Source: Octopus vulgaris (taxonomy: Eukaryota). From it: a DNA stretch of 64,000 nucleotides. A program made the position numbers and the translations under genes. The notes beneath the pieces were generated by a model. That model worked only from the letters and a program-made list of their open reading frames with translations. It was not told the origin of the DNA and ran no database searches. The stretch spans positions 37,200,001 to 37,264,000 of the forward strand of contig OX597833.1 of assembly GCA_951406725.2 (NCBI GenBank), given 5' to 3'. Each line of letters opens with the position of its first letter. Within the stretch, counting starts at the first letter, position 1. Shown piece by piece: positions 51,301-63,934 of this stretch.

Positions 51301-53719
51301 ACCGTTTTTTTTGTTTTTTTTTTGTATGTATGTAGATAGATAAGTTGATTGATTGATCAACAAACAGATAGGCATGAAGTAACAATCACCATCATCACTT
51401 AATCTCCATTTTCCATGTTGGCATTAGTTGGACAGATTGACAGGATCCATTGAGCCACAATGCTGTATCATTGACCATCTAGTAGTCTGTTACTTTTGGC
51501 AAGCTTAAATATACTACATGTATGCATATCTGTCAATAGCTTAAGTTTCCAGTGGCATTTACTTTTAACAACAAATGTGAGACAATATTATGCTGAGAAG
51601 CTAAGCATTCCCAAAATAGCCCACATTTGTTTACATTAAAAACTAAATTTGTTAGAATTTACCTCTTTTTATAATTGTGATGGAAATTTTGACCCAGTCT
51701 GAATGTCAACATTTGCTGACACCCCCATTATGCAAATACTGCAGCAATTAAACCATTCTTTGAACTTTTCATGGGAAACAAGAAATGTTTGAGTGACTTC
51801 CTCAGTTTCTTGTTTCAACTTTTTAAATAAATTTATCTTGTTTTGCTGGATAGTATATTGGGAAAATGGTGAGTGATGCTTGTTCTGTATTTTCCATGGT
51901 TTTACTGAGTATGCCTGTAGTTTACAAGTATTGTGTTCTCTTGAATTTTGCAAGGCAATTTTTGTTTTGTCAGACTTATTAATTCATTATAGTTTTTAAA
52001 ATTGACAATGCTAGTCTTGATATGTTCATAACATTTTTCCTTGTTACTGCTATACTTTTTTTTTTGGCAGATGGGAGGTGTCTAATGATATAGCATGTAC
52101 TTATGTGACGTAATAGGATAACAAGAATACTTGAAACCACTTTATTTTAAAAAGCAAAAGTGATATGATGTTTCTTGAGCAAACCCTACAGAACACAAAA
52201 CTGAGTGTGTGACTGATTGCTTATTGTGTGTGCATGTGCACTAAGAAAGCAAAAAAGATATTTCCTAATAAGGAATTTTGAATTTAAAACAGGAAATTTT
52301 AAGGATGCAGCATAAAAGAATGTTGGTTTCCCCACACCTTGTTATTGGCCATTAAATTACTGTAATATTAAGCATCATTATAATGAGATTTTATTCATAA
52401 AGGTAGCAGAGAATGAGGTGTTGGTTTAGTTATTAAAGGTGGTAATTATAATTGCTGCTAATAACAAATCTAGGAATCGTCATCGTCATTTAAGATCTGT
52501 TGTCCATGCTGGCATGGATTTGACAGTTTGACCAGAGCTGGGGAGCTGCACCAGACTCCTGTCTGATTTGGCATTATTTCTATGGCTGGATGCCCTTCCT
52601 AATGCCAACCACTTTACAGTGTGCGCTGGGTGCTTTTATGTGGCACCACCAGAAGGACTGGTCTTAACACTTCTGCTGCGGAGAAATTGTTACTGTTTTG
52701 AATTTTAAAATATTTTATTTCTCTCTCTCTCTTTTTTTAATTTTTTTTTTTATGACTTTAAAATACTGGTGTCAGTTTAACTCAAATGTTATTAAAATTG
52801 TGTTATATCTATATTTAGATATATTCATTGAGAAACTATTCATATCTGCATTTTGATTTGTTCCCATAATACTGGGCAAATTGTTTAATGTAGACTGAAT
52901 AGAATGTGATACAGTATTATTATTATAAGGAGGAAGTTGTAAGCATAGGATGGATTTAGAGGGAGGTGTTATCTAGTCTATAAGTTCCTGTTACATATTT
53001 AAAATACACAAAGAAAGATGTACATAAGTCTGAATTTACCAAATAGCTTTCCAAATTTCAAAGAAGGTCAAGTGGCTATGTATTTTTCTACACAAAAGAA
53101 CTTATACTTACTGAACAATTTCACATTTCAATATACTGTAATTTTTCTATCAAAGAATATATATATAACTTTATATACTATGATTATACACTGGATTATC
53201 AATAACAAAACAATTTACTTTTCCATTAACATGGGCAGTTTTCTGCATTTCCTCATATTTATGCTTGCAGGTTTGCATTTATTCTAAAATTAGAAAACTT
53301 AACTTGTTACTATTAACATGAATTTGGAACTAATCCAAGTGAATATCTCACTGGTTAATCATTATTTAATTAATCTCCTGCTTAGCAACTAAATAATTGC
53401 GTTAATTAAAAATTCTTTTATCATATAATTATTGTCTTAAAACATTTACGACAAAAAAAATTCCAAAGATTATTTTAAATTAAGGTAATATAGGTAACAA
53501 ATGGTACTATTTCTTGTTCATTTAACGAAACCTCTATTTTGGATTTGGATTAAAATTCTAAATTAATGGAAAATGTTGAGAATATGAGAATTTGCACTCT
53601 ACAATCTTGCTATATGTTTACTGATGTTTTGATTTGATGGTTTGCAAGGTATATAAAATCTGTTACATGAATATCAGTTCAAGCAAATAAGTATAGAATT
53701 TTTTTTTTTTTATTTGCAG

Positions 53720-53747
53720 ATTGGGGTTTCCTAAACAAATCTATCAG
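53720..53747 (+). other. candidate 28-nt exon
   Basis: A T-run plus ATTTGCAG acceptor and a CAG|GTAGGT donor, in unique sequence. Confidence 0.35.
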
Positions 53748-54588
53748 GTAGGTTCATCTTCTTTTGAATATTGCTTTTTATGCTAGACTTTAAAAAAAAA
53801 AAAGGGTTAATATAAAGCTGCTATAGTTATTTGAATTGTTGAGTATGTGTGTGTGTACACATACATGTACAATATATATGTATATATGTGTATTGTATGA
53901 TTCAATAAAATATTGATTCATATTTATAATTTTTTTAAATGTATTATTGCTAGCATAAACAGAACGGAATGTTGGCTTTATTAAGTAATTTCCAAATTTA
54001 GAATAATGCCTATATAGTAAGAAGATGCTTCACTTATTTCAACATTCTGGTTGGTGAAACTACAGAATTTGAATTGAAGTGATGGAAACCTGTTATATAA
54101 TTATTTTATCCAAAAGGAAAGTGTCATAAAGGTGACATTAGCTGTTGACACTTAAAAATGCAGAAATGAACGCATTCTTTAGAAATATCTATTTTTATAT
54201 AATAAATTGGAATTATTTCCATGTTTAAACATTTTTTTAAAATATAAATTTGCTTTTTGATTTCTGATAAATTTTTAACAGAAAATTACTTCTTCAGAAT
54301 ATAATCACCTATCTCTTCTTATGATTATGATAATTTTTGAGTTTTTAAAAAATAAGTTCCAAAAATGTAAGAATACAGAACTGTATGATTTCGTATTGTT
54401 TCAAATTGTACACATTTAACAAAATGTACTGTTGCTTTTTCTTACCTTCATTTATTTTCCCATAATAATTATTAGCATTTCAAAGCAATATGTTAATGAT
54501 TTTGAAACCAGATTTTCATTTAGAAAAAGAAATTACATATCAAGCAATGTTTTGTTGCATATCTATTCATCTAATGTTTTGAACTATA

Positions 54589-55374
54589 CAAGGTGCCTTC
54601 AGAAAGTATCTGACTTTATTTTATCCTGACAAAACTAATGCCTTGTGGGCAAAATCCTTTAGGTACTTCCTGCACATGTGGGAAAATCTTCACACTGGTT
54701 GGCTGCATCTGTTCCCAGCTGTTATGCCTAGGATACACATGTAGTGTGTGCTCATCAGATTTTTGTTTTCATGCAAGATGACCGAATGCATCAAGCAGAG
54801 ACTATAAATCTCTGTCTCATCACCAGTAATGATGGTCTTTATGAAGTCTGAGTTATGGTTTGCACAGTCCAGCATGTTCTGAGTGATTTCCATGCAGAGT
54901 TGCTTATGCTGCTCTGCTAGCACCTTGGAGATGAATTTCACTAACACTCTTTTTATGCACAAACCTTCTATGAAAATGGAATGTTCTGAACCTGTGCTTA
55001 TTCCCACTTCATGAACAATTTCTTGGTGGATGGCCTGCCTGAGCATACCACACTCTCTGCTGAGGTGTGGCTGACTATGACATCATTGCCAGAGGCCTGC
55101 TGAATCTTCTGGATGGTTTGAGCTTGAGTATCACCAAGCTTTTGGCAAAACTTAATGCAATATCTCTGTGTGTTGCATTCAGTGAAAACAAAAATCCAAC
55201 AAGTGTGCACTGCACAACTGTACTCTAGACATAACAGCTGGGAACTTAAACAGCTTACCAGCACGAAAATTGTCATGCATTCACAGAAACAGTAGCGTCA
55301 CCCGTCACATTTTGCCTCTGCATCATTAGCTTTGGTGAGGAAAATAAAGTCCGAGACTTTTTGAATGCACCTCA
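54589..55374 (-). mobile_element. internally deleted mariner with both TIRs and TA target duplication
   Basis: Left TA|CAAGGTGCCTTCAGAAAGTATCTGACTTTATTTT and right AAAATAAAGTCCGAGACTTTTTGAATGCACCTCA|TA. Remnants QRYCIKFCQKLG and IITGDET. Confidence 0.88.
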
Positions 55375-55744
55375 TATGATGCAACAAGATGTTTTAAGTG
55401 AACTTGAAGTTATTTCGTTAAAGAAAAATTAGAGAAATGTTTTACAACTGCATGTTCTGTTTCTGCCTGTTGATAATGCCTTTTTGTTTCTTGATTAGCA
55501 GTAACTCAATGTTATTAAAATTAGTATTTGGTAGTTATTATTCTGAAATTGCCTTGAAATGGGGTTAATAAAACTATGAATATAAGGATAAAAGACAAGG
55601 AAAAACATTTTCATTTTCAACATAAATTAATTTGAATTAGATTGAGTTTTGAAATGTGTGGTTTTGATATAATCTTTTACGGGGTGAAAAAAGATGTTAT
55701 TCACATATAAGTTGATCATTATTACTACTGAAAGAGACACTTGC

Positions 55745-56379
55745 CAGAAAGAGAGAGAAACAAAGAAAAAGGTTAGACAGAAAAGAAATTGTACTGAACC
55801 CTGAATGGGAAGACATTGCCCTGTAGGCATTGTTTATTCTAGTATATATAAATATATTTCTTTTACTCTTTGAAACCTAATTATAAATGTTTATATACTT
55901 TTATAAAGGCAATTTATATATATAATATAATAAATGCAAAAACTAATTTCTGTCTGTCACACTTTGACCACCCCACTTTGACACTCCTACTATTGCTCAT
56001 GTCGAGGTGAGAGTAATAGTAAGCATAGAGACGGTAGTATATTGACAGTTGTGATGGTAATAGGGTGATAGTAATAGTATGAGCTGTGGTTGTGATAGAG
56101 ATGACGGTGATGATGGTGGTGGTGGTAGTGGTAGCTGAAGCAGTTAGGAACAATGGTGATAGTAAGAGATGTGAAAGACTGTTGATAGTGGTAGCAGGGA
56201 AGGCAGCGAAGTCGAAGGTATTGATGGTGGTGGCGTTAAAAGTCTGAATTGTGTGTGTATGGCAGTTGTGGTCACTATGGTGGTGGTGGGGATGGTGAAA
56301 ACAATCAACAGAAAGAGAGAGGAACAAAGAAAAAGGTTAGACAGAAAAGAAATTGTACTGAACCCTGAATGGGAAGACA
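55745..56379. repeat. 71-bp direct duplication (55745-55815 and 56309-56379)
   Basis: The two copies differ at one position. Confidence 0.9.
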
Positions 56380-56577
56380 AAAAATGTTGTTTATCATGCA
56401 GCTTTGCAATAAGTTACAAGTCAACAAATTATATCATTGTTTTCATAGAGATTGTTCATTGCTTGAAAAATATTTGTCAAGTTTAATAAAATTTAGTATG
56501 TACTCAGTGCATGAAGTGTCATTGTTGTGACCAAGGGCCAATAAAGAGCCCTCCACAGGAGCAGGCTTAAAAGCCAC

Positions 56578-57507
56578 CCGATATAAAACGATTATATTGC
56601 CAATCATCAGATCTAACATATATGAGCTTATTTTCCGGATCTTTTCAGGCTTGTTTTTTCAGATTTTTCCTACTTAACCAAACAATTTGAAACTTCGTAT
56701 ACTGGTAGAATGTGTCAAAAGAAAACATAATTGTAAACCAGAATGAAAACGGAATTGTAATTTCAAAGTTTAACGTTGTTTAATAATTAGAATTTTAACA
56801 ATGGTATTCGGTCTTTCGGCTTCATATTATTTACTCCATCTCAATAGACGTAAACGGCTATTTTGCTGACGTATTTAACATACGTGAAATGTAAACACCC
56901 GTTTACCGTATTCCTCCAGTTTCTATTCACATTTTTTTTATATATTATTAACTAACTTATATATTAAACTTATATATTATATAACTAACTTAGTTTTTGT
57001 AAATTTTCATATATTTTTTGTGATTTTTATTCCTTACTTTATTCGTGTAACTTTGATTTCTGTAACTTTTTATCTTTGGCAATCTTTCGTATGTGTATGT
57101 GTGTGTGTGTGTGTGTGTATGTATGGCCAATTCAGTGTTTACATTATTTCGAGTTAAAACGAAAGATTACCTTTGCTATGTAGAAAATAATGAGGTTGAC
57201 TCAATGGAAATGAAAAGATCCTATTTTCCTATTTACATCCTATATAAAGACATGACAAACTAAAATTATATAACTAGATGTTGGTTGGAATAATTTTACT
57301 TTAGTTAATAATGAACAGAAATGTGGAATAGAGTAGGAAAAAGAAATGTTACTCCACATTTCTGTTCATTATTTACTAATAAAATTATTCCAACCAACAA
57401 CTAGTTATATAATTTTAGTTTGTCATATCTTTATATGGGATGTAAATAGCAAAATAAGTTCATATATGCTAGATCTGAAGATTGGCAATATAATCATTTT
57501 AATATGG
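56578..57507. mobile_element. foldback MITE with ~155-bp inverted arms, left arm interrupted
   Basis: 56578-56636 joined to 57230-57327 is the reverse complement of about 57353-57507. Confidence 0.85.
56637..57221. mobile_element. non-autonomous DNA transposon, Merlin-like
   Basis: TIR GGATCTTTTCA/TGAAAAGATCC with a perfect 8-bp TSD TATTTTCC (56629-56636 and 57222-57229). Confidence 0.85.
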
Positions 57508-57789
57508 CATTGTATTTAGAGACATTCTGTTTCAGCAATATCAAGGAATATGTTGTCATGAGATTTTTCGTAGTAAAGTATATTATTTGAAATAAGAATT
57601 GAAGGTATTAATTTTGATAATTTGGAATAAGAATTGTAGGTATTAATTTTGTTAATTCTAATATTTAGTCCTATATGTACTTATTGTGGATAATGTCATT
57701 CAATGAAGATTGAGTTGCTTAAGGGTGATTCTGTCTCTTAAACCTATCTATCTATATATATGTATATAGTACAGTGAGTAATTCATTTT

Positions 57790-57863
57790 AGTACCCCTAT
57801 ATGTAAATATATATATATATATATATATATGTGTGTATATATATATGTAAATATATATATATC

Positions 57864-57894
<31 letters not shown>

Positions 57895-57895
57895 T

Positions 57896-57927
<32 letters not shown>

Positions 57928-58394
57928 CATGTATATATATATATATATATATACATATACATGTATATATATATATACATGTATATATATATATATACAT
58001 ATTTATATTCATATATATATATATATATACATACATATTTATATTCATATATATATATATATATATACATACATATTTATATTCATATACATATATATAT
58101 ATATACATTCATATTTATATTCATATACATACATATATATATATATATATACATACATATTTATATTCATATACATATATATATATATATACATACATAT
58201 TTATATTCATATACATACATATATATATATATATATACATATTTATATTCATATATATACATACATATATATATATATATACATATTTATATTCATATAT
58301 ATATGTGTGTATATATATATATGTGTGTGTATGTATATATATATACACACACAAACACACATATATATATATATATACACACATATATATACAC

Positions 58395-58424
<30 letters not shown>
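57790..58424. repeat. compound (TA/CA)n microsatellite with a higher-order unit
   Basis: ACATATTTATATTCAT recurs between variable (AT)n tracts. Confidence 0.95.
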
Positions 58425-58425
<1 letters not shown>

Positions 58426-58725
58426 GAGGTGCAATGGCCCAGTGGTTAGGGCAGCAGACTCGCGGTTGTAGAATCGTGGTTTCGATTCCCAGACCGGGCG
58501 TTGTGAGTGTTTATTGAGCAAAAACACCTAATGCTCCACGAGGCTCTCGCAGGGGGTGGTGGTGATCCCTGCTGTACTCTTTCGCTACAACTTTCTCTAA
58601 CTCTTTCTTCTGTTGGCCTGCTCGCTTAGCCAGCGGGGTGGCGTCATTTCAAGGCTAAAACAATGCGAAGCGCATTGTGACCAGCAATGTGTAGTAACAT
58701 CTGATAGTATGGTCAGCCATGGTGA
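58425..58725 (+). mobile_element. tRNA-derived SINE (distinct family)
   Basis: A box TGGCCCAGTGG, B-box-like GGTTTCGATTCC and body TTGAGCAAAAACACCTAA. CpG-rich and inserted in a microsatellite. Confidence 0.8.
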
Positions 58726-58838
58726 TATATATGTATATACATACATGCATACATTTTTATTTTATTTTATCTAGTTTCAGCTCACGAGCTGTGGCCATGC
58801 TGGGGCACCGCCATTTGGTGTTGCTACATGATTTTACT

Positions 58839-61723
58839 TCACGAATGCTTTTTAGCAATTGCCATTTGGTGCATGAGAGAGTTCAATGCAGCTGCCCTCA
58901 TCTGCACCTCCTGCCGTGAAGTTGGTTCATCTGGGACACCTGACAGGAAGAGATCCAGTTTTATTTTAAAGACATCTGCATCCACCCCATGCAGGTCTCT
59001 CGGGAGGATATTGAAGAGCAGTGGGCCTCTGAAGTCCAGGCTATCACAGTATCTTGTCCTTCATCTTGATGGCAAATTTGGAGTCCTTGGCACTATGCAG
59101 TGGCGCCCAGTTCTAGCATTTGTGTTACTCTCGATGCCAAAGTTTGGGACAAGTCCTTCTAGGATCTTCCAGATGTATATTATGGCATATCTTTCTTGCC
59201 TATGCTCTAAGGAATAGAATCTTAATCTCTTGAGTCTTTCCCAGTAGCTTATATGCTGCACAGAGGCTATCTTCTTCGTGTAGCTTCATTGGATCACCTC
59301 AAGTTGTGTGATTAACTTGACACTGGATGGTGACCATAGCTGAGAGCAATAGTCAAAGTGGCTTAGGACAAGTGTCCTCCAGAGGACCATCATGATTTCC
59401 TGGTCTCTTGTTCTAAAGGCTCTAAGAATCCATCCAGTCAGCCGCCTACATTTCATTGCCAATTTAGCAACAAGCACATGAAAGGTTGCATCGTCACTCA
59501 TGTAAATACCCAGATCTCGCACTGATTGTGCCTCTGGGATTGCAATCCCTCCAGGTCCAGTGTATTTATTGGGTATTGCATTTAGTTTTGCATCCTGATA
59601 GCATAAAGCTTGAGACTTTTCAGCATTGAACTGCATGCTATTCTTTTCAGCCCACTTGTATATTTTGTCCAGCTCACATTGCAGATGCTTAGTGTCTTCG
59701 GGGTTCTGTATTGCCTGTGAAACTTTTGTACCATCTGCATAACTTGTGATCGTGGCTCTCTGCATGGCTGAGGGCATGTCTGAGAGGGCCATTATGAACA
59801 GTAGTGGTCCTAAAACAGTGCCTTGCGGAACACTGCTCACTATTTGCGTGTTAATGGAAGTGACCCCATTGGCTACTACCACCTAACTTCTATCCTTCAG
59901 AAAGTCATGAAGCCATTCTCCCAATTTTCCAACTATGCCAAGATCACGCAGTTTGTGACATATCATTCCATGATCGACTTTATCAAAGGCCTTTGCAAAG
60001 TCAAGATATATAACTTCCACATTTGTGTGGTTGAGCAGTCGTTTCAGCACCCAGTCCTAGTGTTGTAGGATCTGAGTTAAGCAGCTTCTTCCTGGTCAGA
60101 AACCATGCTGGGTGTCAGGCAGCAAGTCATTTTCTTCAAGGAAGGTGATTAGTTTCTTTCTGACTATTCGTTCCATGACCTTTCTGATGTGTGAGGTCAG
60201 AGAGATAGGTTTGTAGTTCTTGGCCTCCGCTCTGCTACCACCTTTATGAATAGGGCATATTTTACCTTCCTTCAGTTTTCTTGGAAGTTTTCCAGTTGCA
60301 AGGAAGCTCTGAAAGAGGAACTGCAGTGGTCTTGCTAGGACTCTCTTACATACTTTAAGAAGGATTGCTGGGAATCCATTGGGGCCAGTAGCTGAGTTTG
60401 TTTTCATTTTATCTATAGCCTTTATTACATCGTCTTCCTTTATATTGATGTAATCAATCATCGCTGCCTCTGATTTTATATCTGCAGTGGTAAAGAAGTC
60501 AGTAGGGGTGGAGTGAAAATACTCTTGAATTGCTCATTTAGTATTTCACTTATCCTCATTGGATTTCCTGTGAGTGTGCCATCCTTTTCAAGGAGTGGCC
60601 CTATCCTACAGTGCACCATAGCTGTTTCTTTGGCATACCTGTAGAAAGCTCTGGGGTTAGATTTTATGTTGTCTATAGCCCAGGCTTCTTTGTCTGCTCT
60701 TTCTTTTTCATGGGAGAGTTGCAGACATTTTTCAGTTTCCAACAGTTTTATTTTCAGGCAAGACCTTTCACTGCTTTCAAATTGTTTGTTTAGGCGATTT
60801 GAAATTTTTGTATGCCATCTCATTAAAATTTTCCTCTCTCTGGGACACATTTGTAGCATATGGCTTGCATTACAGACATGAATTGTTGAAGTTTCATGTC
60901 GATGTCTGGTGAAGAGAGACATTCAGGCCAGTTTTGTTTGAGGATCTCTTTCTCAATTTGTTTCCAGTTTGCCTTATGGAAGTTCAAGCTGGAAAGATTC
61001 TGAGCGTTTCTTGTAGACTGCATGTCCATGCTTTCCTTTGGCCCGTACATGGTCAGCTCTACCATGTTGTGATCCGAGAGTAGTGTCTGTCACTTTCACA
61101 TTATGGATGAGATCCATATTATTTGTGGAGCAGAGATCCAGTATGTTACCTGCTCTGGTTGGTTGGAGTATTATTTACTCCATGTACAAAGTGTTGATGA
61201 GGTTCAGGAGGGACCTCGCCTGTCCTCATTCGCATCGTGTCATTCCTGGGAGAGATAGGCCCTCGGGCCATCTGACATTGGGTAGATTGAAGTCTCCCAT
61301 AAGAAGTACACTTATGTGTTGTTCTAATGTGACTAGAACTTCTATTTTTATAAGGCAGTCTTCAAACTTGCCTACATGGCTTGGGGTATCTGGAGGGCGA
61401 TATGCAGCACATATAACTACACCAAGTTGCCTTATATGTACAATTAGTGTGTCACACACCGAATTTGAGTATGACAAAAGGACCTGGGGTGTGATGTCCT
61501 CGCGAATGTACATAGCAACTCCTCCATGACTTCTTTCTTTTCTGTCGGTGCGTAGTACAACATACTGTGGTATGTGTAATTCCGCATCTGCTATGTCCGG
61601 TTTCAGGTGCGTTTCCGTAAGTGCTATGCATAAGCCTTGATTGCATGCAACAAAGTCTCTCAAGAAAGGGATTTTTGTCTTGTTACTGAGTGTTAGCAGT
61701 CCTCTGATGTTCAGTAGGAACAT
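58839..61723 (-). pseudogene. LINE ORF2 (APE endonuclease plus reverse transcriptase), disrupted
   Basis: LNIRGL, LTETHL, GGVAMYI, YRPP, GDFNLP, LDL and SDHN; then YKPISLTS, QHGF, LDFAKAFDK, PQGTVLGPLLF, YADGT (YADD mutated) and YWERLKRLRFYSLE. Several stops and frameshifts. Confidence 0.93.
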
Positions 61724-62652
61724 CGAGGTGATGTGTATGCAGTTGCCGGTGGTGTCCACCTTGAGTCTATTTGCTGTGGCGGTCTTGTGTATTGTGGATA
61801 GTCCCATCTGCGAGTTTGAGTTTGATGAAGCCAGGTTAGCTGCTGTACAATCTTTTGTGCCATGCACAAAAAAGATTGTTGTTCAGCAGCTGCCCTTTCA
61901 ATAACATGTTGGCGGTTTGTAGCACGCACCACATCTGCATACCTCCGTTTTGGGGCAGGTGGTGCGTGGTCCATTCCTTTTTCTTTTGGTTGTTGGTTTC
62001 TGCCCTGTTTCATGTCTATGTGGCAGGGTCTTCGGTGTGCAAAACGGCAGTCTGCACCTTCCTCTCCATGCCAGCAGACACCTTTCAGGTAGAATTTACA
62101 CATTCGTGTGCGCTGTCTCTTTCTATCCGTTCAAGTACATGGATAGTCAGGTTTGCTTCTATCCTTGGCTGTTTCATGTTTTGGTTTTGTTTGAGTTTTA
62201 GCTGTTTCATCCTTTGTTTTTCTTTTAGTTTTTCCTCCTTTTACTTCTTTTTTGGCTCTTTCATCTTCGTGGTTTTGGCTTTTGGTGCTGGTAGGGACAC
62301 TTGCACTTGGGTTTACTTCCCGGGCAGGTTTCTCACTTGAATCTTCTTTGTTGTTGTTGTCCTGGGTGTCCACCAAATGGGGGTGACATCTTTCATCAGC
62401 ACCCGTGCCTCCATCCTTGCCATCTTTACTTTGTTTGTTGTCAAAGATGACATCAAGCGTGCCGATGTGGGTTCTTATGAGTGCATAGGAGCATATAAAC
62501 TCCTGCTTCCTTCACTCTATCTGTACTGACGTCCTTGTGTATCCACTGTTCTTCAGCGCAGCTGTAATTATGTTGTTCGGATTATCTCCGTTGGCGCATT
62601 GGCAGGCTCTCAGGAACAACGCTGATTCGTTACTCCTCCAGGTTCAGGACAT
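61711..62652 (-). pseudogene. LINE ORF1 (~313 codons) with CCCH-type zinc finger and three in-frame TGA stops
   Basis: One frame runs from ATG 62652 through listed ORFs 62131-62376 and 61711-62103. It contains CKFYLKGVCWHGEEGADCRFAH after a Lys-rich tract. Confidence 0.8.
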
Positions 62653-62749
62653 TTTTGGATATTTTATTTATTTATCTAACTAATTATATTTAAAATTTAA
62701 TAGTGTGATAGAGGGTAGAGAAGAAATAGAGAATGAAAGTGTTAATATC

Positions 62750-63490
62750 CTCTGTATTTAGAGAGATTGAGAGCTGAGAGAAGATAAGAAGAGAGTGAGA
62801 GGAGAAAGTTCGCGTCTATATATTTAGAAAGATCGAGAGGTTGAGAAAGGAAAGATGGTGTGACAGAGAGAAGTGGAGAAGTGAAGAGACAGAGAAAGAG
62901 GCGTGAGGGAGAGAAGTGAAGAGACAGAGATAGAAGGAAATGAAAGAGAGGAGGTTATGCAAAAGATTGAGTGGCTGAGAGAAGATAAGAAGAAAGTGAG
63001 AGAGAGTCTATATATTTAGGAAGATTGAGAGGCTGAGAGAAGAAAGATGGTGTGATAGAGGAAGTGATGCAAAAGATTGAGCGGCTGAGAGATGATAAGA
63101 AGAAAGTGAGAGTCTATAAATTTAGGAAGATTGAGCAGCTGAGAGAAGAAAGATGGTGTGATAGAGAGAAGTGAAGAGACAGAGAGAGAAAGAAAAGAAA
63201 GAGAGGAGGTTACGAAGCTGAAACAGAAATTGAAAGATTATTAACAGAATGTAAATTATAGATATATACCTGTCTGTAGCTACAAACGTTTTCTTCTAAA
63301 CTAAACTAATTGCGACTATACTTCTTATGTTCGTGTCTATATATTTAGGGAGATTGAGGGGCTGAGTAAATATATATATATATAAATAAAGCAACAAATA
63401 AATATATGCCTATCTAAAATTGAATAATTTTAAAGAGATGTAACAGAGCTGAAACAGAAATTGAAAGATTATTAACAGAATGTAAACAGA
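62750..63490. repeat. purine-rich modular tandem repeats upstream of LINE ORF1
   Basis: Recurring GATTGAGNGGCTGAGAGAAG, GTCTATATATTTAG and GATGGTGTGATAGAG modules. AGCTGAAACAGAAATTGAAAGATTATTAACAGAATGTAAA occurs twice (about 63216 and 63447). Confidence 0.8.
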
Positions 63491-63903
63491 GAATAGGTCC
63501 TTACATTGAATTACGGGAAAATAAACAAATGAAAAGGGGTACTTATCTTATAAGAGGTAGAAGTCCCAAAACCTTCTTATACGAAGAGGTTTTCTTTCAA
63601 AAAAGAAAAGAAAAATGGTTCTTTTTGCTTGTTACAGTTGATTGGGAATAAACTTAAGAGATATCACCACGTGCTTTTTTCGACAGGAAATCTGGCATGC
63701 GTAATTAACTTTAGAGTATTATATTTGGCTTGAAGCGAAATATATTATGGTTTTTAACTAACGTGTCCTAGTAGACTGCTATGAGATAGCAAGTTCTACA
63801 TTTTTTATCAGTTTTTGCCAATTATTTCATCGATTTATGCAAACCTTTTTGTTTTTTTATCACAGAGCAAAGCAACGCGTCTCTACTCTACGAAAACCGG
63901 AAG

Positions 63904-63934
<31 letters not shown>

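Larger units (their letters stand above)
58754..62652 (-). mobile_element. near full-length APE-type LINE (CR1/L2 group or Proto2-like; clade unresolved), inactivated
   Basis: ORF1, APE, RT, C-terminal region, short 3' UTR and (TAAAA)n tail occur in order. The 5' region probably extends to about 63370. Confidence 0.93.

Noticed and set aside
58425-58500. tRNA gene
   Set aside because: It has A and B boxes but no proper acceptor stem or terminator, and it continues into a SINE body.
57783-58527. Several 80-230 aa ORFs rich in I/Y/H/T
   Set aside because: They are translations of a (TA/CA)n microsatellite. The same applies to 46600-46904 and 43873-44073.
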